Source of the DNA: Ramazzottius varieornatus
Lineage: Eukaryota; Animalia; Tardigrada
Length of the DNA stretch: 64,000 bases
Reading direction: 5' to 3'
Assembly: GCA_001949185.1 (NCBI GenBank)
Contig: BDGG01000013.1
Coordinates: forward strand, 1 to 64,000
This document shows, piece after piece, positions 23,847 to 37,417 of the stretch. A model generated the notes under the pieces. It did no database searches, was not told the DNA's origin, and saw only the letters and a program-made list of their open reading frames with translations. Positions within the stretch are counted from its first letter, which is position 1, and each line of letters opens with the position of its first letter. The position numbers and the translations under genes were made by a program.

Positions 23847-26223
23847 ATGGGTGCTTCCTTGTCGGCGCTCAACATTACAGCGGGAGCCGAGTCGGCGTCC
23901 TCTTCCTCTTTACACCAGCTGAAACAACTCAACGGCTTCCAGGATGTAAAGACTAAGTCCAGCAAAGCTCCCCACCGTCATTCCTCCATTTCATCGTCCG
24001 TAGCCATGTCGGTAGACGATGAGGAAGCGCTGGTGCCATTCATCAGCCGTCGAGGCACGGCCTCCAGTTACAGCAGCACGGCCTGCAGTCACTCCAGCAC
24101 GGCCTCGACTGTCAACAGCGATATCTCTTCGGCTATTGTCAACTCGTCCAATATCATCAACTCCTCAGCCGGAAGACTGAGTTCCACCTTGACTTCTAGT
24201 TTCAGCAGTTCCAAGAACTTACTGGCCCAACATTTGAACTTGTCTTTCGTCAACACGGCCACGCTCAAGAAGTTAATCAGTCTTCGAGCCAAGCCGCCTT
24301 CTTCCAAGTCTTACCGACCTCACTCGGAGTACATCACATCATCCAGCATTCCTCCACATATCCCCTCTTATGGAAGTGGTAGTGAAAAGGCTAATGTGGA
24401 CTTGGCAGTAACGTTGATCGACCAGCTGCACCTTCTCAGCTCTAACACCAATAATCGACATTCGCTACATTCTACCGTCAACAACAAACACTCCACTTCA
24501 CCACCACCAAAGGAACGCTTCAAGCATGGTAAATATTGCTCTTCCTAAATCTGATTTATGTGCGGAGGGAGAAGGAGCGGGACATAAATTTCCGAACTCA
24601 TAATTCTGGTCGGCAAATAGTTATGCATGCTACGCTGTGCGATACTTTGTGGAGGCAGAATATATCAACTGACAATCACTAGAAAATTAAGCTAGCGCAA
24701 ATATCATTATGATAATGAAGAGCTGTGACTGGCGGGCACATTTGGTGGCAACTTGTCCAGCAATTAATTACAGTGATTTTCCAGAAGAGTTCCCGGAGAG
24801 ATGTCCCAAAAATTTCGATCGGGCCACGCATTGTGGCTTGCGGTAATTCGGCTTCGATCAAGCGTTCAAACAGCACCCGCACTAACTTTGGGCGTGGCCG
24901 ATGTTTCACTTGAGCATAACTATGTCCCAGTTTTTTTCGTGGAGACTAAATGATTGGGTTCTCAAACGGAAACTTTTTAATGTGAAAAGAGTCAAAAATA
25001 TTGGTAGTGTTTCCAGGGATAATTCTAACCAATGGATCAACGGAACTCCGAATGACGGTTTTTCAAATTCACAACCAAGAAATTTTCTCATAATTTTTCC
25101 TGTGTTATTGCAGACAACCTAAAAAAGAAAGAAGCCGACAAAATCCTCAGTCTTCGTGCTATCGCCGAGGAGAAGAGAAAGAGACTAGAGGATAACAACA
25201 TTCCACCGGCGTTGGTTCGTCGTACCGTACTGCAGGCCTCAACCTCCGAGCTGCTTCGCTGCTTCGGCGTCTTCCTCCATCAGCGCTTCCGTACCTTGAC
25301 AATTACGTCTAGCGCGGTGGGAGAGATGGACGATAACCATTCCTCATTCGGACCACAGCTGATTATCCAGTGGCTGCGCGGCCTCGACGGCTCCTTGACG
25401 GCACAAGGCTGGCAGGACATTGGTTTCATCAACCCGGCCAACTTGGTCTTCATTTATCTCTTACTTCGAGATGTCAGACTGGACAAACTACACCTTCGCC
25501 ATCTTCAAGCTCAGGTATAAAATATCTTAGAAAAACAACCTACATGACAAGAAGATACGAACTCACAAGATGAAGCAACACTTCTATCTCGTATTCGCGA
25601 TGTACTGTCCAACAGATTAATACCAAACGCAAATTATTTTTGAAACCTAGATAGGCTAATAAACTCGACCAAATCTTCTTATTTTTAAGTGGCGCACCGT
25701 TTGGGCCAAGAACACTGTAAATGTGCGCCACTCGAGATAAAATTCTTGATGACGTCTTCCTCATGTGGCGCACGCGGCCGGCCAATAACACTGACAGAGT
25801 GCGCCATTTAGGCAACAATGTTGCCCACATTTCAGCCAAGTTGCGCATGCTTCCAGTCATTATCACTGATAGCGTGCGCCACTTGGGAATTCGAAACAAA
25901 TGTTGTCGAGTTCGTTTGCTGTGCTCTCAAATGTTGACACTGGAAACGTCGGCGTTGGTTGACTGACAAGAATGATTTTGTTGCAGGTGCAAACGGCCTT
26001 GTACGTGGCTTATGCCTACATGGGGCACGAGATTTCCTATCCGGTGAAGATGTTTTTGTCGGCTGACGACTCGAAGGATGCCTTCTGGCAGCGCGCGCTG
26101 CAGTTGATAGACCGCCACTCGGAAGACATGCTTCGCCTCAACAGTGATGCCGCCTTCTTTGCCCAAATCTTTGCTGAACTCAAATCTTTCGGTGCTCCCA
26201 AATCTCTTCATTACCATTTCTAG
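23847..26223 (+). CDS. CDK5R1: Cyclin-dependent kinase 5 activator p35 (exons 23847-24528, 25114-25515, 25987-26223)
   Basis: Myristoylation-type start MGASLS; QASTSELLRCFG; QGWQDIGFINPANLVFIYLL; LYVAYAYMGHEISYP; MLRLNSDAAFFAQIFAELK. Confidence 0.93.
25655..25925. repeat. GTGGCGCAC-cassette element, 3 tandem units, p35 intron
   Basis: Three units at ~75 bp period, each with a 25 bp spacer, flanked by ACTCGAC / GTCGAGT. Confidence 0.8.
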
Positions 26224-27341
26224 AGTCTTGATCAGTTTAGACGAAGCTTTGATCTTCCAAAAGTTCACTCCCTGGTTCAAACTCCACAACGTGCAGAGTT
26301 CTTCTATATTTTCTACCTGCATTCCTACGATGCATTTGTGCTTGCTGTTGGCATTCGTTGCCTCTTCCAACGGACAGTTTTATCAACACGAATTTCCTTT
26401 CATTGGGGAAACAAGAAGCTCCGCTCTGTTATAGCAGGAAATTAAGGAAGTGATCCAGCTACTGTAGTTTTATGGATCGATCGAGTGTATTGGAAAGATA
26501 GAAAAATAAGCGTACAGCAGGGAAGCGCGAGGTCATCGCACGGCTTTTCATAGAACTGACATGGTTGATATCAACGCTTGATTTGGTTCACCGTGAAGCA
26601 CTTGAAAGAATCGCTCGTTTGGACTATAAGTGTAATTCAGGAAATCGAACTGACACTTCACAGTTTTTTGTGGATTTCTTGTCTTCGGTTCAATCCCTGG
26701 TTATAAGATTACTTCTTGTAAATTTCTAGTTCGACGGTGAATAAAAAATTCAGTTAGGCGATTGCATTTTTTAATATGTTTTTTACGGAATAATTTCCAT
26801 TATTAATGATGGATTAGTTGCGGTTGATGATGCTGTTATGTAGAGAGATTTGCCCCTGGTTGCATGGTAGGTCGGAGAAATACATTCATCGATTGATGTT
26901 TTGTGCGTCCGATGAAAACAGGAAGCGCAGGATAATGCGACGAAGCTAGCGGCTGAGTGTTCAATTACCATCTTGTACAGATGCCCAAGGACCGAGTGCG
27001 ACGTCAATGGAAGAATCCCCGACTTTCAACCGGCAACAATCCAGATTGTTTTCACTGCTGCTGGTGTGCACGTCAGCAAACCCGGATGTGTCATCTGCAC
27101 CACATGTATAAAGCATATCACGGTATATCCCATGTCAAAAACAACACGCACTTAACAACCCAGGGGACCAAAAACTTGAAATATGTATATTGTGTTGAAG
27201 AGCCAGGTTGAAACCTTTGAGGATTTGTGGGCGTAATGCGATGTCATTCAAGAAACAAGTAAACAGGATTACATGATCGAGACTCTGCCAAAATTAGCCT
27301 TATTTTCCGGTTGCTCGGCTCGGAGAGTACGCACGCCTACG

Positions 27342-27540
27342 TAGGAGCTCACCAAACAAAGCCGGCACAGTCGTTTTGCCCAAGTGGCGCACGTTTGCGG
27401 TGCAGTCAGCCGAGGCGTGCGCAGCTTGGAAATGCAATCTGGATTAGTTTTCCAAGCGGCGCACGCGTTCAGTATATTCAGCTGAAGCGTGCGCCGCTTG
27501 AAGTGACGGTCTTGTCCAGTTTGTTGGCCGGGCTTCCACA
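27342..27540. repeat. GTGGCGCAC-cassette element, 2 units, intergenic
   Basis: Two units with 24 bp spacers at ~71 bp period. Confidence 0.7.
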
Positions 27541-28729
27541 GTTCCACGTACTATACGTGAGTGCGCTGTCTCTCTCTATTTTCGTGTTCTGACGGGAATA
27601 GTCTGTGCATGCTAACGAGCCGAAAAAGAGCACTGTAGCTATAACTAGTCCACTTCCTGCTTCCCGCGTATCCCATTTGCATGCTGACCGCGTGTACTGT
27701 CATGGAAGCGGGATAAATGACGTCGGTGTCTGGTAACTCAGTTTGTGGATAAGCTTACTGAACAAATGACGGAGTATACATTCCGTACCAGGAGCACGAC
27801 TGTATCGAACAGTTTGAGCAAGATGAAGAAGTAATATCAACTTTGAGGGATCTCCGACCTATCAATATATTACGCCACAGTCGATATCTGCTCGATGCGC
27901 ATTCCGACACGTCGATATCGGAGGCATCAAGCATCAAAAATGCATGGGTAATTTGAAGATGAGCTACTTTATTACCAGAAGCATCGCAACTGCTCCCGTT
28001 TTCCCCCAAATTACTTTTCAGATTAGAAAAAGCATCGAAGCCACGCCCAACCGGCGTTCCATCAACCACTAAGCACGCGTAAACGCCGACCGATCGCCAC
28101 GTTCTTCTCACTGTTGGTATTGCATCGACGCAAGCAAGATCGGCTTCGTGACAAAACTACATATAGAAACCTCCGATTTGACGGACTTTGGGGGTCAGAG
28201 GCTGTGGGGACATGGGTATGTTAGAGCGTGTAATTGCTTCGGAGACGTCGCTCATGGACGAGCGACGTTGACGGGAATACTGATGAGCGATCTCATTCCC
28301 CTTTTATTGACCGTTGACTCACGCACTCTCCTTTCGCTCCTTCCATTCTTAACAGCCTGGCAGCAGCAGCAAGTAACAAGGTTACATTAAGCTTGCATTA
28401 GGCATCAAACCTCCGTGTCGACCATCTATAAGTATTAACAAGATGCAAATTCATTTAGTACACTGTCACTCCATCTATCCTCCTCATCCTCGACCTCCTT
28501 CTACAATCAGACATCGTCCAGCGTGCATCGATCTCAAACTGAACAGTGAATTCACCAGCCATAACTGATGATGGCCGGCAGCGACCTTAATGAGCAAAGT
28601 CTCCTATCGATAAATACAATAAACCCAACTCTAATGCCACTTTATAGTCCAATCAAGGCCATATCAACATTCAGCCATTCATTCAGTTCCTCTCTCCAAC
28701 ATAAACTGTGTGGCAACCCGACAAACAAA

Positions 28730-29115
28730 CCAGACCAGATTGTTTTCTAGGATGGCGCACGTCACCAGCGTTTCTTAGCGGATAACATGCGCCATTTAGA
28801 ATACTCGACAGGACTGTCTTCCCAAGTGACGCAGGATATAAGTGTTAATAACTGGATGAGTGCGCCACTTTGAAAAAGCAATCGCTTTTGCAAGTGGCGC
28901 ACGTTTTCAGTACACGTGCCTGGCCTAAATGTGGGGAACGGAACGAAAGCGACACGGGCCAGCTGTGGCCAACTAATCAATTAAATCAATCGAAGCACAG
29001 TCGCTTTCGCTCCGTTTCCCACATTCTTGTCCATCCGCATATTTACGCGAGGCGCGTGTAATATTGACTGGAAGAGTGCGCCACTTGGAAAAACGATCTG
29101 GTCGAACTTGTTTGT
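28730..29115. repeat. GTGGCGCAC-cassette cluster, several degenerate units
   Basis: Arms at ~28752, 28824, 28893 and 29076, with an ATCTGGTCGAAC flank. Confidence 0.65.
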
Positions 29116-29354
29116 CGACCTTTCTCATTTTAGAATATTCCAATTAGATGGAAAAACCGTCGCAATATAAATCACATAAGAGATAAAAGAAAACATCGAA
29201 GGATGAAATTTTAACATCGATTAAAACGAAGAAAACTTTAGGCACACGAAATAAATCTTCAACTCGGGTAAGAAGAAATAACACAGGAACTAGTCAAGCA
29301 GTCAAAACGAAAAAAACATCTTCCAGGGTTTAAACCAAAACTTAGCTAGAAAAC

Positions 29355-32300
29355 TCAGGCACCAGGCTCAAAAGCAACGGTGTCCGAAGAATGCTTGTGA
29401 AAGACTGGGGAACCTCCACCATTGGGCGGGGAACTGTGCAGTAGAATGCGAATGGACTTGCGACCCAAGTGACAAGGCACTTCACGCGAACAAACGGTGA
29501 CCTTCAAGTCCCGCTTATACGCCCTACAACATAGCCAGTTTAAAAACTGGTACATGAAGAAAGAAGAAAGACTTACTGGCGAATTCGCGTGATGAGGACC
29601 CCGACGAGCTCTGCTATGCGGTCCTGCCGGGCGTTGGGAGACTTCAGCCCAATGACCAAGTCCATCTTGTTACTGAAGTGCAGAACAATGAGCTGGTCAT
29701 TCCCGTCGCTGACGCTAATACCTGTCAACTACAGGGAGGAGAACACTGTCATACCCAAAGCTGATCTGTTTCCCAACCATTTGCCTGATTCCACCACCAG
29801 CATACATAAGTAAATTCAATTAGCAAAGGATATGATATGCAGGCACGTGAGAGAGATAACGAAGCCATCCGGCATTAACCTGCATACATCTTGCTGCTTG
29901 CGACATGCTATCGAACAGTTTGCGATTGCGCGAGCAAAAAAATCCGGAACCACCCGGCTCAAACCTGCATACATCTTACTGCTTATGAGGTGGTACAAAT
30001 TAGTATGCAGGTACGTGAAAGGGCGGAGTACGCCAAACAGAGAGACAGGAACCTGCATACACGTACCTGTTCACCTGATGGCACAGACTAGGATGTAGGT
30101 TTGTGATGCGTGCACTTACCAAGTCCAGCGACAGCGGTCCCTTGCTGCATTTGAACTTTTGCGGTTCCATCTTGTAGATGCTCTTCTCGGTGACGACAAT
30201 GGCCCGTTCAGCCTGCTTCATGTTTCGGTTGAGCTTGACAACGAAGGAGGAGAACAAGGCCAGCTTGAAGCTGTCGCGAGAACGGAGGGTGTTGAGGGAC
30301 TGGACGTAGGCCGACGAGTCGGCGTTGTCGTGGATGGTGGCCAGGTAGTTGCCTTGCCACTTTCCCGTCACATCACAGCCTCGCCGACCCTTCAGAGCCT
30401 CGTAAGCGGCTACTTTGGTCCGCACTTGCTGCCATTCTTCTTGTGGAACTCGACGGAGAACCTTCGATGCGCGCCAGCTGTCAAACACCGGCAAAATGAA
30501 GGTCCAAAAGTTTCTGCTAAATATTTTCACAACGTATTCGTTCCTACCGGTTGAATATAGCTTTGGTGTAGTCGGAGAAGCGTCGTAGCGTCTTGGGTGG
30601 ATCGGGCCAGCGCAGACTCTTGCCAAAATCTGGTCTTCGCTCGACGCCTTTGAAGGTCTTGGTTAGCTGCTGGAGGTAGGAGCGGACTTTGTAGTGACGG
30701 TAAGCACCAATGATGGTTCGCACTGCCAGCATCTGCTTGTAACGGCGTCGCGCAATGGCACCTCTCCACATCTGTAAAACACAGACATTACATATCCGAA
30801 CCTGGCGGCAAAACAGGACCACAAAGTCACACTTCCCTCATTCATCAGAATGAAAAAAAGCATGACACTCTCATGTGTCCTTGGACCGGGTTTCGAAACT
30901 CTTAACGGCACGGCCTTGACAAGTCAGTCACTATCAAGGCCGTGCCTGATGTTTCTTCTTCTTTTTTATACTGTTCTTTTCACCATGAAAACCACCCGTT
31001 TTTCTGTCCATTCAGTTTGTGAATTACCCGTTGGAGGAGGATGACAAGTTCGGGTAGCTTTGCATTCCGTGCTTCCTCCAAGTAATGGACGGACTGTGGC
31101 GAGCGGAGGAAGAGCTTGGTCTTGCCGAAGGCGGCGTCCTGGCCCATCCGGTGAGCCTCGATGATGGCCTTGCAGCCATCTCGGTCCGAGCCGCTAAAGT
31201 TGGGCCAGGTCTGAGCGCAGATGAGCTTGTAGCGCTGTAGAAAGCGCTTGTAGGGAGAGCGGTAAGCGAAGCCGGCTCGCCGTACACGAACGTTCTGCGT
31301 GATGTTCAGGTAGCGGATCTGGTGGTGGACTAGGCGCTCGTCAAACAGCGTGGAAGACTTGAGCTCATTGGGCTTGATGCAGCGAACGTAGTGCGGCTCT
31401 TTCTGCTGAAGCTTCTGGGCGAGGGCCAGCATCGAGTTCTTGAACGCCGTCGCTGCAGAAGGATGAATTTCAGAAACACGTCGCACCCGCTCAGAAATAC
31501 TATAGTATTGACATGCATTCTCCATGGGCTGCAGCATGCTGAAAGCGTGATTTTTACGTCTGTTTGGCACTGGTCAAAACTTCGAACTGCATTTTTCTAC
31601 GATAATTTCTCACGAGCTAAAATTCGGTCAAGCCATGCGAAACCCGACCAGGTTTCCAAAGCTGAATTACATCGTGAAAACGGTATGTTTCACTTTATAC
31701 AATTTTTCTCGATTTTTTCACTTTGTTTTCCTGGACGTACCGGTGGTAAGTGGACGTTTGGTGACTTGGGTCTTGTGTGCGGCGCCTTCCGGCCACATTT
31801 CCGCCACCAGTTGGTCCTTGCTATTGTACAGGACCCGTTTGAAGTCCTGGAAGATGGGGTCGCGGTTCTTTTCCAAAAACCCCACCACATTGTACACCAC
31901 GTCACCGGCGTAATGGACAATGCGGAAGTCCCGGTGATGAACGAGAGTTTTGTCTTGTGGAGCTGTCTGCCGGGAAGCGTAATGAGCATGCTTGGCGAAC
32001 TTCTTGTCCATGGCTTCCAGAAAAGTCTGTGGAAAACCCGTAGAAAACTGTACAAACATGACAGCCGGCGTGAATATTCCCGGTACGAAAAGCACCAAAC
32101 AACTCATGCTTTCTACACGCTATCCGCCATGGACAACCATGACTTGTAATTTCTTTCTTACACTGGGACTGATCGACGCACCGCGGTTCGATTCTTCAAT
32201 GTCACACACTTTATCGAATGTGAATTTCAGTTTGATTTTCCTTCCTAAATTTTCTTTTTCCTTTGGTGTGACACTCTTACCTGATCGGTGGTGTTTCCGA

Positions 32301-35300
32301 CGTTGAGGCAGGCTTCATCCATCAGGGCGATGATGCCGTTGTGTTGGGCTTCGACCAAGTCGCAGATGGTGCGATTGTTGAAGTACTCGACCGGCGTCCA
32401 AGTGATGCCTTCTCGCTGGTACTCTTCCTGTTCTTGCTTCAGGACTAGCTCGATGAACAACTGCTGCAACTTCTCGTTGCAGTAGTTGATGCAGAACTGC
32501 TCGAACGTGTTGCTCTCGAAGATTTCGAACCCGTAAATGTCCAGGACCCCGATTACAGTGTTCTTCCCGTAAGTGGTGGACTGACTCAGTGGGCGAATTG
32601 ACTCGTTGATCTGCTTGACCAACCACGTGAACAGCCTCTCGTAGATAGCCTGAAAGACCAAACTAATCAACTGGCATACGTAGGTATGATTTTCAAGTTT
32701 AATGATAATCATTAGGAAACTACAGGATTAATTTTGGTAAAGTAATTTTCTGAAGTGGTGCACGCTTTCAGCCGTAAGCTCTGAAAACATGCGTCACCTG
32801 AAAAAAATGTTGTCAAATCTTTGGCGGACTTTTTTGTCTATCATAGTGTTGTTAACTGAAGCGTGCGCCAACTGGGAAAGCGATCCTGTCGAGTATTGAT
32901 TTTCTCCAGTGGCGCACGTTTGCAGTGCTACTGGCCAGACATTTGCGCCAGTTTGGTAAAAGAACTTATCGAGATCATTTGCAGAGCTTCTGTCTTTCTC
33001 ATTTTAATTTTGAGTATTTTTACTTGCTGGTTTTATGCTAGAAAATTCTTCTGCTATGTTTCCCTTGCGTTAATGATGTTTTCTTACCTTAGCGAACGCG
33101 TCTCGGGCGTAAAAAACTTCATCATGCGTCAGAAGCTTGTCCATCACTTCGCCGCGAGCTGCCAGCGTTCTCGACAGCAACGCTTGCCCAAAGTCCTTCT
33201 GATCAATCTGCAAAAGCTTCGTCACAGTCTTCAGGACGTCCTCGTTGACCACCTTCACTGTATCCCCGTCTTTCTTGAAGGCGATATTCCCCTGCAAAAC
33301 CGAAAGATCATCACCAAATACATGCAAGCATAAGAAAGTTGCTGCTCACGAGGTGGAGGATGGCTGCTACCACGCGCCAAATGGTGTCGACGTGTGGTCC
33401 AGTTACGCCTAGAGCGCTGAGGGCAGCGGCGACGTTGTTGTAGTCTGCTTTGTCCTGAGAAGCGGAAGATCCGTCTTTGATGTACGCGTAGCACTTGAAG
33501 TCTCGCTTCAGCTGCAGGTTGGACAGGAGCTTCTCACCGGCACCGGCTAATAGTTGGTAGAAGACGTGGAAGTTTCGCTCACCGGAGTGCTGTGTCACTA
33601 CACGCGACTACGAAGAAACGATAAGCTCATACAAACAGCAGTTTGAAAAGCAAGATACTTGATACCTTTTCTAATAGGTAATTTTCGATGTTTCCACCAA
33701 CAGGGTCGCCTTTGAAGTCAAAGTTGATATCCATGTATTTTCCCTGAAGGAAAAGACATGTCAAATAGTTATTTTATGGAGATACCGAAGTACCCCAAGC
33801 TATTGTGTGTTGAGAGAGACACTCCAACTTACAAAGCGCGAAGAGTTGTCATTGCGGTTGGTCTTGGCGTTGCCGAAGGCCTCCAAGATACATGTCGATT
33901 GTATCAAGATGTTCTTCACTCTGTCAAGCCAAAACAGAAGGATGACATCTCTATTTCAGGTTACACTCTCCGTAACAACCTTACTGAATGTTCTAAAACT
34001 GTTCTGCTTTCGTCCTTCGTTTTCTCTTTTTTTTTAAATAGAACTCAGTGATCTGGAAGCTCGGTAACATCATTATACCATGTGGCGCACGCTTTCAGCC
34101 AGTAACAGTGGAAACCTGCGCCGCTTTGAAAAACTCATGCCGACGCTTTCCCAAGTGGCGCACACTCCCAGCCGATAATACTGAGGACATGCGCCGCTTG
34201 GAAGCGATCTTGCAGAGTTTGTTTGCCGACCTCCCGTTTGGTTGGTTCGCGTTGGTTGGATCTTATCTGTATTTCGACCCGAGATGTACGATAGTTCAGA
34301 AAAGAATGCGGGTGGGCGTTACCGTTCAATTTCGGCACGCTGTTGAATATTCGTCACGGCAGCGATATAGCGCATAATGATTTTGGAGGCCTCCGTCTTG
34401 CCCGACCCGCTTTCACCTGTAAGCGACAACAACTTCACCGTTCACGGTCTTCACTTCTATCACCTTGGCTCTTCAGATGAAGAGACAGGTTAAGCTGTCA
34501 AGAGGATGAATTCTCAAGAGCCGGCCAACGCCCAGTAAATGGTGGAAACCCAGCTGCACACTCACCGGAAATGACAATGCAAGTGTCCGTGTTAAGTCGC
34601 CGCATCGTCTTGTAGGCAGCGTCGGCCAGGGCAAAAATGTGGGGTGGACGCTCGTGAATCTCGCGGTTCTTGTATTGAGCCACCACATCTTGACCGTAGA
34701 TATTCAGCTGTTTGTACGGATTGACGCTCAACACAACCTGCGAAATTCCAATAGATGTGATGTTTCAGTCTGTTTTTCCTTCAGCACCATCAGAAATGCA
34801 CCTACTCCCTTACATCATGCTAACCTTCTTCACGTCAAAAAATGTTACACTTAAAACTTCATTTCAAAAACGTTTCGGCAAATATCAAACTTGTAACATA
34901 TCCTCGTCGATATAACCAAAAGTTGACAATTAAGGGATCGAACGGTCGATCTCGCGACTGCTGACCTTGCGGACTACCACTCCTCTATCTAGCTAGCATA
35001 ATATCAGGTGCGGAAGTATGACTTGTTACTCCTCCGACGACAATTTTCAAAAATTTATCCTGACTTCGAACGTCGGAAACTTTGATCAGGTTATCCACCC
35101 ATACTAGCAAGGTACTTCAGTCACTTTTTTGGCATCGTGTTCGTGCCTTTACTGTAGCAGTATGGGGGAAGATAAAAGATAAACTCTCCGCAGCCATTTT
35201 TTGCACCCTCTCTGGCGAAAATTTCTCTTTCTCACTGGAGGTGCTCTAATTTTGCGATATGGTGATGGTCCGTTACGATCGGATCCCGACTTCTTGGTTT

Positions 35301-37417
35301 CTGAAGGAGAGTTTCCAGTTTCACCTCCTGCAGTTTTGCGGAAGCGTTTTGGTCAGTATGCACTCTAGAGCGGACTTGCAACAGTAGTGCTTCAAGTTAA
35401 CTGAATAATTTCGTTCAGTGAACGACAAGTTTTTTTAGCATTCTTACCCCTTCCAGAGAGGTCTAGTCCACAGCTATCGCTATGCTGGGCAGAACGATTT
35501 TACAGCGCTCTAGAGTACAAGATAGCAACCAGACAGTAATCGTAGTTTCCCTTTGGTGCCGCTCACGACTCGATATTTTTTGCGGCACTTCCGCTGTTTC
35601 GAGACATTCCAATTTTCGCTTCAGAATATCTTTCAAAATCCATTCTTTGTCACTGGTAACAATGTGACCTGGGGATCGGTTCGCTGTCATTCAGGAACCT
35701 GAGGTTACGGAAAGCGAAATTCTGCGTTCATCGTAAGGTGCGCGAGGTAAACGGGTAATCCGATTCCATAACTGTTTTGTCTTCCCGTTTTGTCCGGATG
35801 TCCAGCAAAGATTTAGTTAGACACCTTAAAGTCTCGCAAGGATTTTACCAGAGTTCGGGGCAGAAACGGATTCAACAGACTCCCCGAGCATGTTAGTGTC
35901 CAACGGCAGTTTCGGTCTTCCGTAAGGGTAAATTCCGACCTAGAAATCTCCAGAGCTGAGAAGAATTACCCAACCTCCAACGGTTTAACTAATAGCTTCT
36001 TCATCAAGAGAAACAAAGCATATCTTCGCGCCTGTGTGAGATGCGTTAAAGGCTTGAGAAAATTTCGAACAGATGAATCACTTAAAATTTTGGCTATCCA
36101 TGATTCCGAAAAAACCATTCCTGCCCTACCCCGAAGCTGAAAAACTTGGGTTAATGGAACGCCAAACGATAGCTAGGAGTTGACAGAGTGACTGGAAAAA
36201 AGGCGCAGGACTAAAAGACAAGGGGAAGTGTAACTATGAATTTTTGAAGTTAGGGTGTTTCAAGGAGTAACAAGTCATACTTCCGCACCTGATACCACGC
36301 ATTTTGATATGAATGGAAATTATCCCCCTTTTTCGTTTTTTCATCAGACTTTGTTAAGAAACAGTTCAAGAACACTAATGAGCAGGTGGAAAAAATGTAA
36401 CTTACTTCGCCAACGAATGTGTAGATCTTTCCCTTCTCGAATCTGCAAGAACAGTAAAATTTAATCTTCATCAATGAGGGATCTCGCTGATTCAGCGTGA
36501 ATCACGCATTTTGCGGGCGGAAATGCGCCTGTGTCATATCTTGCCGCTCTTTAATCCAACGGCGGTCCTCGGTAATCGATACTAGATAGTCTGTTATAAG
36601 TTATGGCACACTTGATAGCTTATTAAACAATAGCTATTGCATGTCGGTGCAAAAGCCCGAGGGTGATAGTGTTGGTTTGTCATCCTACGGGCTCTCGTCA
36701 AGCATTGTTGACCAAGTGGAACCCTCTCCGCGCAGCGCGCCATTCTCGCATAACCACGGGCAGGTATTTGGTATCAAACTTATGAAACGTGAGCATATCT
36801 TCCCCGTGTTGCCCCCTTATCGACTTGGAGCAAACAGTTTTATGGTTCTTCGTGGCTGTGCCTCGCTGAACATTCACCTGACGACGATAGGATGAAAGAT
36901 AGGACCCAGCATCGTTGTTCGAAGTGGCGCACGTCTTAAGCCATTAACGTTGGAAACGTGCACCACGTGGGAAAGCAATCTAGCCCTGTTTGTAAGGCAG
37001 ACGTTTCCCAAATATTACCGTCTACAATATTTCAAGTCTATCATGTGGCAAACGAATGTTTTCTTTTCTCGTAAGGAACATTGCTTGAAACATTCTAAAA
37101 ATTCGGTCAGACAGATCCGCTGAATATCTTCGTTTCAGTGCCAGTTTCTATCTGGAAAATAGACGAAAATTCGGCATCGGAAAATTCGGGAAAAATAGGG
37201 AAAACATTGTTGAAGATACGGGTTTTCCGTTCCTTATAGAATTTTTGAATGGTTCTGAAGTAGTTAATAAGTGAAGGCCTGAAGGAGAACAGAGAAACCA
37301 AGTTTGATGGGAGTTTACGTACCGTAATTTGAGGTTTTGGGCGATGGCTTCATCCGTGATGTTATCCAGCAGGACCAGATCGCCCACTCCAAATTCTTTT
37401 CCTTCATGGACCGTCAT
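29355..37417 (-). CDS. MYO1D: Unconventional class I myosin, most like myosin ID/Myo31DF, multi-exon
   Basis: [78 protein letters not shown] motifs and a TH1 tail. The subtype is inferred. Confidence 0.9.
32745..32975. repeat. GTGGCGCAC-cassette element, ~3 units, myosin intron
   Basis: Units at ~32753 and ~32908 with 25 bp spacers, plus a half unit at ~32863. Confidence 0.7.
34053..34235. repeat. GTGGCGCAC-cassette element, 2 units, myosin intron
   Basis: GTGGCGCAC-N25-CTGCGCCGCTT and AAGTGGCGCAC-N25-ATGCGCCGCTT. Confidence 0.75.

Noticed and set aside
25655-25925. Repeat-spacer arrays resembling CRISPR
   Set aside because: The spacers are homologous to each other, the arms are inverted rather than direct, arrays have only 1-3 units, the context is eukaryotic introns, and there are no cas genes.
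31391-32149. 252 aa plus-strand ORF and similar antisense ORFs over the myosin, BET and transposase genes
   Set aside because: These are shadow ORFs opposite real exons.
34900-36250. Large myosin intron possibly containing a nested gene or TE relic
   Set aside because: No convincing ORF, TIR or TSD found by eye.
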